Positions 34,082 to 42,170 of a stretch of 64,000 nt of DNA are shown one piece after another. Positions within the stretch are counted from its first letter, which is position 1. Each line of letters begins with the position of its first letter. Source of the stretch: Poseidonia sp. (GTDB taxonomy: Archaea; Thermoplasmatota; Poseidoniia; Poseidoniales; Poseidoniaceae); contig CBFIDD010000003.1 of the NCBI GenBank assembly GCA_965661285.1, positions 64,001 to 128,000 on the forward strand, given 5' to 3'. A model generated the notes under the pieces. The model saw nothing but the letters and a program-made list of their open reading frames with translations. It was not told where the DNA came from and searched no databases. A program made the translations under genes and the position numbers.

Positions 34082-35092
34082 GTGAACTTTGACATCGTTA
34101 CGAACATTACCCAACAGGTGTGCCAAACCGATGTTGAAAACATCCGAGAAGTGTACCTCGAAGCCATTTGCGTTCTCGCCGAAGCCTCAACTTCCTTTAT
34201 CCTCAAACTCGACGGCGACGAAGCAAAGGTTGTCCGCTCAACCCTTCCGAGCCTGCTTCACGTGTCGCTGAAGAGCGACACCATTCGTCTGGAAAACGAA
34301 TCCTTTTGCTTGAATGAAGACGAGTTATTGGCGTGGTCAGCCCTTCCACCGGTCGGAGATGGACGCCTCAAATCGATCATCCTGCGCCGGTTCACGGTCG
34401 GCTCGGAGAGTTATGTCGCATGTGCGGCTTCATCTCAAACCGATGCCTTCACACAAGATGCATGCGAACAGTTCAACTGGACAGCGCCGCTTGGCGCCCA
34501 CACCATCCGCTTGATTCGAAATTCTGCAAAAAATGAGTTGGAGAAGCGAGCGCTCATGAAGGAAATGGATGCGCTCAAACAAGAATTGGCCGGTGCCCAA
34601 ACCGCAGCAGACCAACTTGAGGGGGCAAACGCCCAACTCTCCAATGCGCTGCTTGAGGTCTCCAGCGCCAAGGCCCAATCGAAAGCCCTTCTCCTCACGG
34701 TGGGCATCGGTATCATCCTCTTTGCCATCTCGGAATTCCGAATTGAGCCCTGGCTGGAAGCATCAGGCGCTTCTCCTTCGACCTTGGTTTACCAAAAAGT
34801 GCTCATCCTCGGGGGTTTGGTACCCATACAAGTGGTCGTGGAACGCTTCATCTCCTCAAAGGTAAATTCCAATGCTTCCGCGATTCGAATCGGTATGTAC
34901 GAAGAAGCACTCGGTGTACTTCTCGAAGACGGAGCGCTCACCGAGAAAGAAATACGGTGGCTCGAACTCTACCGTCGTCAACAAGGTATCCTGCGCGAGG
35001 AAGCACAAGCAGTTGAAGCCCGTTTACGGATGACCATGCTCAAAAAGAAGCGGGAAAACTTACAAAAAACGCCGGCCATTGCCACTGCATAG
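34082..35092 (+). CDS. GAF-like/coiled-coil/2-TM membrane protein, candidate rhodopsin partner
   Basis: N-terminal GAF-like pattern (LKSIIL...ACAASSQTDAFTQDACEQF...A....I), heptad coiled coil, TM hairpin, C-terminal EDGALTEKE helical domain; stop codon 5 bp before the opsin ORF. Confidence 0.65.
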   Translation: MNFDIVTNITQQVCQTDVENIREVYLEAICVLAEASTSFILKLDGDEAKVVRSTLPSLLHVSLKSDTIRLENESFCLNEDELLAWSALPPVGDGRLKSIILRRFTVGSESYVACAASSQTDAFTQDACEQFNWTAPLGAHTIRLIRNSAKNELEKRALMKEMDALKQELAGAQTAADQLEGANAQLSNALLEVSSAKAQSKALLLTVGIGIILFAISEFRIEPWLEASGASPSTLVYQKVLILGGLVPIQVVVERFISSKVNSNASAIRIGMYEEALGVLLEDGALTEKEIRWLELYRRQQGILREEAQAVEARLRMTMLKKKRENLQKTPAIATA

Positions 35093-35097
35093 AGGGC

Positions 35098-36120
35098 GTG
35101 AGAACGATGAAGCAACGCAAGATCAGCAATCCAGTCCTGCTATCAGCTACCCTGTTTCTCTTGACCCTCCTGCCAACCGTATCCGCCGCGGGTGGCTCAA
35201 CCTTCGAAAACGGTGATGCCATGAGCGCCCTTGAACGGGTGACGTACATCTCGTTCGTTGCCATCAGCCTGATGTTCATCGCTGCTGCGTTCTTCTTGTT
35301 CATGGAACGTAACGACGTCGCTCGGCGCCACCGCCCTGCTATCGGTATCGGCGTGATGATCGTCGGTATTGCCGGATTCCAGTATGCGCTGATGCAGGAT
35401 GTTTACATCGCTGATGGCTCCATACCCACCGACTTTCGGTACGCAGACTGGCTTACGACGGTTCCGCTGATGGCCGTCACCTTTGCTCTCCTTGCTGGTC
35501 GTGAGTCGTTCACGAACCACCGCTTGTTCAGCCTGCCCGGCATGTCGGTGCCCGGCATCATCATCGTTGGCTCGTTGTTCATGATGATCGGCGGCTACAT
35601 CGGCCAAGTAGAACTTGACCAAGCGCTCGCTGATGGCGTTGACCCCTCCGGGACACACTGGTTTTTCTTCGCTCAGGGAATGGTCGGCTACCTGACCGTC
35701 TTCCTCATCGTCGGCACCCCGTTTACGGGTTCTTACGGTATTGACGACACCAAAATCGCCGACGAATCCATTCGCCAAACCATGGGTCGGCTCCGACGTC
35801 TTGTCTTGTTTGGATGGCTCATCTATCCGGCGGGATACGTCATCGGCGCCCTCGAATTGGGGGGAGCGGGTGGAGCCGCCGCCATGATGTTGGTCTACAA
35901 CCTCGCGGACCTCGTCAACAAACTGGCCTTTGTCATCATCGTGCTCGTGGGCGCACGAGCCACCGAGGAAGCGCAAGCTGCCTACAGTTCCACCTTCACC
36001 TACGCACCAACAGCGACCAAGAGCGAGCGAGAAGAAGAAGAGGAACACCGAGACAGCCTGCGTGAACTGGCCGCTCTCGCTTCTGAGCTCGTCGATGAAG
36101 AGATCAGCGGTGAACTTTGA
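35098..36120 (+). CDS. Proteorhodopsin-family microbial rhodopsin, DTT motif, extended acidic C-tail
   Basis: Signal peptide, 7 TM; helix C RYADWLTTVPLMAVTF, helix F GWLIYPAGY, helix G YNLADLVNK with the retinal Lys (35920-35922). Start may be ATG 35107. Confidence 0.93.
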   Translation: MRTMKQRKISNPVLLSATLFLLTLLPTVSAAGGSTFENGDAMSALERVTYISFVAISLMFIAAAFFLFMERNDVARRHRPAIGIGVMIVGIAGFQYALMQDVYIADGSIPTDFRYADWLTTVPLMAVTFALLAGRESFTNHRLFSLPGMSVPGIIIVGSLFMMIGGYIGQVELDQALADGVDPSGTHWFFFAQGMVGYLTVFLIVGTPFTGSYGIDDTKIADESIRQTMGRLRRLVLFGWLIYPAGYVIGALELGGAGGAAAMMLVYNLADLVNKLAFVIIVLVGARATEEAQAAYSSTFTYAPTATKSEREEEEEHRDSLRELAALASELVDEEISGEL

Positions 36121-36204
36121 GAGGACGGGAAGCCATCGCTCTCTTCTTCTTCGGAATGGGTGGCTTCATGAGGGAGGGGCGCCGCCATCGGTTTGAGGGG
36201 AAGC

Positions 36205-37314
36205 ATGGACCTTGACCGCCACGACTTTGAATTGGACGAGTTGATGGAGCGCATCCGTGCCAACGACAACCGTCTGATTGCGCTTCAAGTGCCTGAAGGC
36301 CTCAAGATGCAGGCCCTCGAGATGATGGACACCATCGAAACCGAAACCAGCGCCCAAGTGGTTTTGGCCGCCGACCCTTGCTACGGTGCCTGCGACCTCG
36401 TTCACGACAAGATGCAACTCATGGGCGTGGAACTGGTGGCGCACATGGGCCATTCCCAGATGAACATCGATTCCGGCATGCCCACGCAATTCATCAACGT
36501 CACCTACGACGGCGACCCTGAACTCAAACCCGTCCTTCCGTGGCTAGAACAGCACCGGGCCATGGCCCAAGCACGCCTTGCTGAGCAAGGGCAGTCCACC
36601 GAGTTGAGCGAAGAAGAAGCACAGGAGAAATTCATGGATGCCGTGGGACGCATGGCACCGCTGACCAATACCAAACTTGGTCTGGTTGGCTCCATTCAAC
36701 ACCTGCATCTTCTGCCTGACTTCCACGACCGATTGGAAAAGGCCGGCTTCGACGTCACCATCCCCATCGGCGGCGCTCGACTCTCCTTCCCGGGCCAGGT
36801 GCTTGGCTGCAATTATTCCGGAGACGACGCCTCCATCGGCCACTATCTCTTCCTTGGAAGTGGGGATTTTCACCCCATCGGCCTTGTGCTGCACACCGGC
36901 AAGCCGCTGGCCATGCTCGACCCCTACACCGGCGAGGCCGAGGAAATGTCCTTGCAGCGCATTGAGCGTATCCTGCGTCAGCGCTTCGGCCTCATCATGA
37001 GCGTCCAAGATGCTAACTCCTTTGGCATTCTGATCGGCGAAAAGCCAGGACAAATGCGACGGACCCTTGCGCTGCGCATGAAGCGCATGCTCGCCAAGCA
37101 CGGCAAGAAAGGCTACCTGCTCGCCCTTGAGCATGTCGGACCCGAACTCATCGACTTCTATCCCGTTGATGCCTTCGTCAACACAGCCTGCCCCCGAATT
37201 GCCATCGATGATGCCGTCAAGTACCGCAAGCCGCTCATCACGCCGTTTGAACTTGAAGTGGCCCTCGGTGAGAAGCAGTGGGAGACCGGCTACCAGTTCG
37301 ATGAAATCCCCTGA
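36205..37314 (+). CDS. dph2: Diphthamide biosynthesis radical-SAM enzyme Dph2
   Basis: LQVPEGLK, three Fe-S Cys in CYGACD, QVLGC, TACPRI; GSGDFH. Confidence 0.93.
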   Translation: MDLDRHDFELDELMERIRANDNRLIALQVPEGLKMQALEMMDTIETETSAQVVLAADPCYGACDLVHDKMQLMGVELVAHMGHSQMNIDSGMPTQFINVTYDGDPELKPVLPWLEQHRAMAQARLAEQGQSTELSEEEAQEKFMDAVGRMAPLTNTKLGLVGSIQHLHLLPDFHDRLEKAGFDVTIPIGGARLSFPGQVLGCNYSGDDASIGHYLFLGSGDFHPIGLVLHTGKPLAMLDPYTGEAEEMSLQRIERILRQRFGLIMSVQDANSFGILIGEKPGQMRRTLALRMKRMLAKHGKKGYLLALEHVGPELIDFYPVDAFVNTACPRIAIDDAVKYRKPLITPFELEVALGEKQWETGYQFDEIP

Positions 37315-37403
37315 ATCGCAGATGCACAGGCGACAAAAAGCGAACGGCACGCCCGTTTGGAGACCACATCTTTTAGAACGGTTGACATCAGCATTCTCTT
37401 GAT

Positions 37404-38609
37404 ATGGTGGACTATCTCGACCGAATCGGCGCTGGGCTCATCATCGCCCATCCAGAACGGTTGGATTTTGACTTCGTTCCCGAAGAACTGGTGGGAAGAG
37501 AGGACGTTCAACGTGAACTGGCCTCCAAATTCTCCAACGTGGCTTCCCCCGAAGGTGCGGCCAGGGCTGTCATCACCGGCCCGGTGGGCAGTGGAAAAAC
37601 CGTGCTCGCCAAGACGTTCTGCAGGGACCTTCAGCGCCACCTTTCGGGAAAACGTGAACTGAAAGTTGCGCACATCAACTGTCGAAACGCCTCCACCAGC
37701 ATGCGGGTCGCCCAACGCATCCTCCACCAGTTTGACCCCGGCCATCCCGACCGTGGCCTTTCACTTGGTGAGATGCTCCTCAGCCTTCGCAAAATGCTTC
37801 GACGTACATCCACGCACCTCATCGTCGTGTTGGACGAAGTGGACCACATGCTGCGTCGTTCTGGTGATGAGCTGCTGTATCAACTGCTTCGGATTGACGA
37901 AGACCAGGACGGCACGGGAACGCTATCGTTGATGCTCATCAGTCAAGAACAGGTACTCGACGTGCTCGAAACGGCCGTGCTGTCAAAGTTTGGCCAGTCC
38001 AATCATCTACGCATTAAGCCCTACACCGTTGACGGATTGGAAGCCATCGCTCGCCAGCGGGCAGAAATGGCACTGGTCCCGGGAACATGGAGCGATGCCA
38101 CCGTGCGCTTGCTGGCAGAGCGAGCGGCTGCCAGCGGTGATGCGCGGCGAGTGATTGAGTACCTCAGCAGCGCAGCAGAACGTTGTGAATTCCGTCAAGA
38201 CGGGCACACCGAGCAGGTCATCACCGTTGAGGACATTCACGCCATGAGCGACACCGTAGCGGTTGACACCAAATCACGTCTCGAAGTGGTGGACGACCTC
38301 CCCGCTCAAGGCATGCTGATTTTGCTCGCCATGTGCAGGCGCCTTCGAACCGAAGAAAGCGTGACGATGGGCGACGTTGAACGCCTCTACGCCGTGGTTT
38401 GCGAGGAGTACCAACAGAAGCCAAAAAGTCACACAACGCTTTGGAAATACGTCAAACAAATCGAACGAGAGGGTGTGATCAGCACTCGCGTGGCCACCGT
38501 GCCGGGCGGACGAGGACGTACGACCCACCTGAGCATGCCCCACTTTCTTCCAGCCGACATCGCAAGCAGGTTGGAATTGCTCTTGCCCAAGCAACTTCAG
38601 CGTCGCTGA
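37404..38609 (+). CDS. cdc6: Orc1/Cdc6 family replication initiator
   Basis: FVPEELVGRE, GPVGSGKT, HINC, VVLDEVD, GDARR, C-terminal wHTH with GRGRT. Confidence 0.9.
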   Translation: MVDYLDRIGAGLIIAHPERLDFDFVPEELVGREDVQRELASKFSNVASPEGAARAVITGPVGSGKTVLAKTFCRDLQRHLSGKRELKVAHINCRNASTSMRVAQRILHQFDPGHPDRGLSLGEMLLSLRKMLRRTSTHLIVVLDEVDHMLRRSGDELLYQLLRIDEDQDGTGTLSLMLISQEQVLDVLETAVLSKFGQSNHLRIKPYTVDGLEAIARQRAEMALVPGTWSDATVRLLAERAAASGDARRVIEYLSSAAERCEFRQDGHTEQVITVEDIHAMSDTVAVDTKSRLEVVDDLPAQGMLILLAMCRRLRTEESVTMGDVERLYAVVCEEYQQKPKSHTTLWKYVKQIEREGVISTRVATVPGGRGRTTHLSMPHFLPADIASRLELLLPKQLQRR

Positions 38610-38676
38610 GGCCTGCACGTGAGACGATGGGGCTAAATACGGGTCACGAGTCGGACAAATCCCGAGAGGTGCTCCT

Positions 38677-39153
38677 ATGGCAGAATTCATTGCAGTGGTC
38701 AACGACACGGACCCAAAGAACGGCGGAAAATCCTACGCCTTGAAAATCACCGGAAACAACCACGCCCAAATGCTCGGAAAGCGAATTGGCGATGTTGTGG
38801 ACGGTCTCTTCGTTGGCGAGGGCGACAAAACCCTCTCCGGCTACAAACTCGAAATCACGGGCGGCTCCGACAAAACCGGAACCCCCATGCGCCGAGATCT
38901 CGAAGGCGGCAACCGACAGTCCATCCTCGTGACCCAGTCGACCGGGTACAAGGGCGAAGTCATCGTCAACAAGAAGAAGGGCGGCGAACAGAAGCGCTTC
39001 CGATACAAGCCAGACGGTCTGCGTAAGCGACGAAACTTCCGTGGAAACACGGTGACCCAAGACACCCGTCAAATCAACCTCCGAGTGGTTGAATCTGGAA
39101 AGAAACCGCTCGCCACCATCCTCGGCGCTGAGGGCGAGGAAGCATCGGAGTGA
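38677..39153 (+). CDS. rps6e: 30S ribosomal protein S6e
   Basis: GKRIGD, GYKLEITGGSDKTGTPMR, GLRKRRNFRGN, QINL. Confidence 0.95.
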   Translation: MAEFIAVVNDTDPKNGGKSYALKITGNNHAQMLGKRIGDVVDGLFVGEGDKTLSGYKLEITGGSDKTGTPMRRDLEGGNRQSILVTQSTGYKGEVIVNKKKGGEQKRFRYKPDGLRKRRNFRGNTVTQDTRQINLRVVESGKKPLATILGAEGEEASE

Positions 39154-39192
39154 ACCCGAGAGGGTAATCGAGGAACATAAGGAGAGGGAAGC

Positions 39193-40431
39193 ATGGCACG
39201 AAAGCTTCCCGCTCAACCCGAGGTGAACATCGGTTTGGTCGGTCACGTCGACCACGGAAAAACCACCTTGACTCAAGCCTTGTCCGGTGTTTGGACCGAT
39301 ACCCATTCCGAGGAACGAAAGCGAGGCATCTCCATCAAACTCGGCTATGCGGACACGGCCTTCTACAAGGACGACAAAGGGCAATACTACGCCACGGGCA
39401 AACGTCCTGGAGGTGGCGACGACGTCGAGGATGAACTCGAGCGCGTGGTCTCCTTTGTCGATGCTCCCGGCCACGAGACGCTGATGGCCATCATGATCAC
39501 CGGCGCGTCCATCATGGACGGCGCCATGCTGATGGTGGCAGCCAACGAAACGTGCCCGCAGCCCCAAACCCGAGAACATCTCATGGCACTGGAGATTGCA
39601 GGGATTGAAAACATCGTCATCGTCCAGAACAAAATTGACCTGGTATCAAAGGAACGAGCGATGGAGTCCCACGCTGAGATCAAAGCCTTCCTCAAAGGAA
39701 CGATTGCACAAGACGCACCCATCATTCCGGTTTCGGCACATCATGACGTGAACCTTGACGTGTTGATCGAGGCCATTGAAGCCACCATTCCTACGCCTGA
39801 CCGCTCGAAGGACAAGCGCTCCATCATGCATGTCGCACGCTCGTTTGACATCAACAGGCCGGGCACTCGACCGGCCAAACTGCGAGGCGGCGTGATCGGT
39901 GGCAGCATTGTTGAAGGCGAGTTTGCCGAAGGCGACGAGATCGTCATCGGACCCGGTCGGAAAATCGAGAAAGGAAACAAATCGACTTGGGAGCCGATTG
40001 AGGCCGTGGTGAGCAGCATGCAGGGCGGAGGCCTCAGCCTTGACAAGATGCACGCAGGCGGCCTCTGTGGAATGGCCACCTTCCTCGACCCCTCCATCAC
40101 AACCTCCGACAACCTCTCGGGCCAAGTTGTGGCTCGCAAAGGCGACCTCCCAGAGGTCCACAGCAGCGTCTCCATCAGCGTCAACCTGATGTCGCACATG
40201 GCGGCAGGTGATGGCGAAGCAGCGGAGAAGATTCAACCGCTGCGCAACAACGAGATGCTCATGCTCAACGTGGCAACCGCCACCTCCGTGGGCACGACCC
40301 GCAACGCCGAGAAGACGAGAACTGACCTTGAGTTGCGTCTTCCAATCTGTGCTGATAAAGGTCAGCGCATCTCACTCTCCCGCCGAATCGGTTCCCGTTG
40401 GCGACTGATTGGCTACGGCACCATCGAGTGA
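39193..40431 (+). CDS. eif2g: Translation initiation factor aIF2 gamma
   Basis: QPEVNIGLVGHVDHGKTT, RGISIKLGY, DAPGHE, QNKID, WRLIGYG. Confidence 0.96.
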   Translation: MARKLPAQPEVNIGLVGHVDHGKTTLTQALSGVWTDTHSEERKRGISIKLGYADTAFYKDDKGQYYATGKRPGGGDDVEDELERVVSFVDAPGHETLMAIMITGASIMDGAMLMVAANETCPQPQTREHLMALEIAGIENIVIVQNKIDLVSKERAMESHAEIKAFLKGTIAQDAPIIPVSAHHDVNLDVLIEAIEATIPTPDRSKDKRSIMHVARSFDINRPGTRPAKLRGGVIGGSIVEGEFAEGDEIVIGPGRKIEKGNKSTWEPIEAVVSSMQGGGLSLDKMHAGGLCGMATFLDPSITTSDNLSGQVVARKGDLPEVHSSVSISVNLMSHMAAGDGEAAEKIQPLRNNEMLMLNVATATSVGTTRNAEKTRTDLELRLPICADKGQRISLSRRIGSRWRLIGYGTIE

Positions 40432-40440
40432 GGGTCAACG

Positions 40441-40818
40441 ATGCAGCACGTGCTCATCGATGCGTGCGGATGGGTCGCTTGCATCGATGCGAAGATCAAC
40501 ATCCAATCCGACATGGAGGCACTGCTGGGTCCGTGCACCTGGGTCTTGCTTCCAAGCGTGGAGGCTGAACTCCAACGCCTTGCGGACCAGCGCCCACGAG
40601 CAAAACCACTCTTGCTGAACCTCCTCAACAGCAGAGCGCTGCATTACGGGGACGAGAAAAGTCAACACGCGGATGACGCCATCTTCGCCTGCGCAGCATC
40701 AAACGATTGGGTGACGCTCACGGTGGACACCGAACTCAAGCGCCGCCTGTACGAAGCCAACCTTCGTGTGCTCGAGGTTCGTCAAAACAACCACCTCCAT
40801 CTCGTAGATTCGCTATAG
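40441..40818 (+). CDS. PIN-domain protein (Fcf1/Utp24-like)
   Basis: VLIDA, V..EL, HADDAI, T.D.ELKRRL; usual position after eif2g. Confidence 0.8.
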   Translation: MQHVLIDACGWVACIDAKINIQSDMEALLGPCTWVLLPSVEAELQRLADQRPRAKPLLLNLLNSRALHYGDEKSQHADDAIFACAASNDWVTLTVDTELKRRLYEANLRVLEVRQNNHLHLVDSL

Positions 40819-40824
40819 AAACAA

Positions 40825-41124
40825 TCACGGAAGCGTGAAGAGGACATCATCACCGTGGCCGTCGAGCCAACCGATTTTGACACCGGCGTCAATCCAAGCA
40901 TGGGCGTAATTGATGGCCCCAAACGCTCGGACGAGGTCGCCAGTGGTGAGGAAATGTTGGGCATCAGATGCGTAATCGTCAGCCATTCGCATCATTGTAG
41001 CCAAGTGCTTGCCCTCCGGGCTATCGACGTCCACCAGCGTGGTCGCTTTGGCCCTTGCGCGACGGGTGATGTCAAGGTAAGACTCCACGCGGGCCACGGT
41101 AAGGGTGTGGTGCTCTTCGCTCAT
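40825..41124 (-). CDS. DUF357 protein
   Basis: MA..Y..DA.HF...GD.V.AF..INYAHAWIDAG...G. Confidence 0.85.
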   Translation of the reverse strand: MSEEHHTLTVARVESYLDITRRARAKATTLVDVDSPEGKHLATMMRMADDYASDAQHFLTTGDLVRAFGAINYAHAWIDAGVKIGWLDGHGDDVLFTLP

Positions 41125-42170
41125 TCCCCACCCTCCTTTTGGCGTCCAAGCAACCGACGTGCGTCCTCTGTTCGTCCAAGGGCTTCGTAGAGTTCAATGG
41201 CCAGTGACAACTTCCCAAGGTCTTCCGCTTCTTGAGCCCGAAGGAACATCTGTCGACGCTCCTCCCAATTACGAGCCATGGCGGCCTCCGCTGCCGCTTT
41301 GTAGCGCCCCTCTCGTTCGGCATCGGCCAAATGAGGAGCGGTCCAACGACGAACCAGACCGTCCCGAGTCGCTGTGGCCATCGCGTCAGGGGTACACAAC
41401 ACGAGCAGGTCGCCGAGGTCCATCCCTTGCGTCAGTGGTTTTTCCTCATCTTCGCCTTGTTGTTCGGTCATGGAAAGAAGATGGCCCTCGATACCCAAGA
41501 CCCACCAGCCTTCGCCTGTGCGTACCGCACTCATCGGCTCGACGCTCTCGTATTCCAATCGGTTGATGGCGTCCCAACCGAAGGGATGCGGGATGCCTTC
41601 CCACAATCCGCCATCGCTGCTTTGCAAGAGCAGACGGCCGTCGGTCAACGACGAACACCAACTCCAGGAGCGCTCTTCGAGCTGGCGCTTGCGGTCATCC
41701 CCGGTTAAGCGGCCGCACCAAAGGTGGCCCTCAGGGTCCTGCCAGAGGAGGTGTTCCCGGTCAAGCCATCCGATGAGACGGCGAACAGGTCCGCTTTCCA
41801 CGCGTCGAATCCCCCGACCGTGTTGCGAAAACAAATGGATTTCACCATGACGGCCGGCAAGGGCCCATCCCCCACCGGGACGTGGGCGCAAATCGCTGAA
41901 CCCACCCGGTGTGCTACGACCTTCGTGGACCATGGTGCCATCACCGGTGTTGATCAAATAGAATCCGTGTGCTGCCAGCACACCCACCGTGCCTTGAGAT
42001 GCTCGGGCAGCGTGAACCTTGAACGGCACATCCACGGCCCAACGGGTTGAACCGTCCGCTTCAAGCAGTTGCAGCCGCAGCCCTGAACTGACCAGCAATC
42101 CGCCTTCAACCGCCGCAAGGGCGGCAATTCGGCCTTCGGCCTGCCACGACCATGCCACGTTCCACGTCAT
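41121..42170 (-). CDS. Trp-rich beta-propeller-like protein with C-terminal TPR-like helices
   Basis: Repeated short beta strands with DG...W motifs; tail AQEAEDLGKLSLAIELYEALGRTEDARRL; ATGA overlaps with both neighbours. Confidence 0.6.
   Translation of the reverse strand: MTWNVAWSWQAEGRIAALAAVEGGLLVSSGLRLQLLEADGSTRWAVDVPFKVHAARASQGTVGVLAAHGFYLINTGDGTMVHEGRSTPGGFSDLRPRPGGGWALAGRHGEIHLFSQHGRGIRRVESGPVRRLIGWLDREHLLWQDPEGHLWCGRLTGDDRKRQLEERSWSWCSSLTDGRLLLQSSDGGLWEGIPHPFGWDAINRLEYESVEPMSAVRTGEGWWVLGIEGHLLSMTEQQGEDEEKPLTQGMDLGDLLVLCTPDAMATATRDGLVRRWTAPHLADAEREGRYKAAAEAAMARNWEERRQMFLRAQEAEDLGKLSLAIELYEALGRTEDARRLLGRQKEGGE

Noticed and set aside
34082-35092. Classical Htr/MCP transducer or histidine kinase
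   Set aside because: No HAMP or methyl-accepting hairpin signature and no H-box or ATPase motifs, so it is reported only as a novel candidate partner.
37315-37403. Possible replication origin next to cdc6
   Set aside because: Only 89 bp, with no recognisable ORB (TTCCAGTGGAAAC-like plus G-string) or AT-rich unwinding element.
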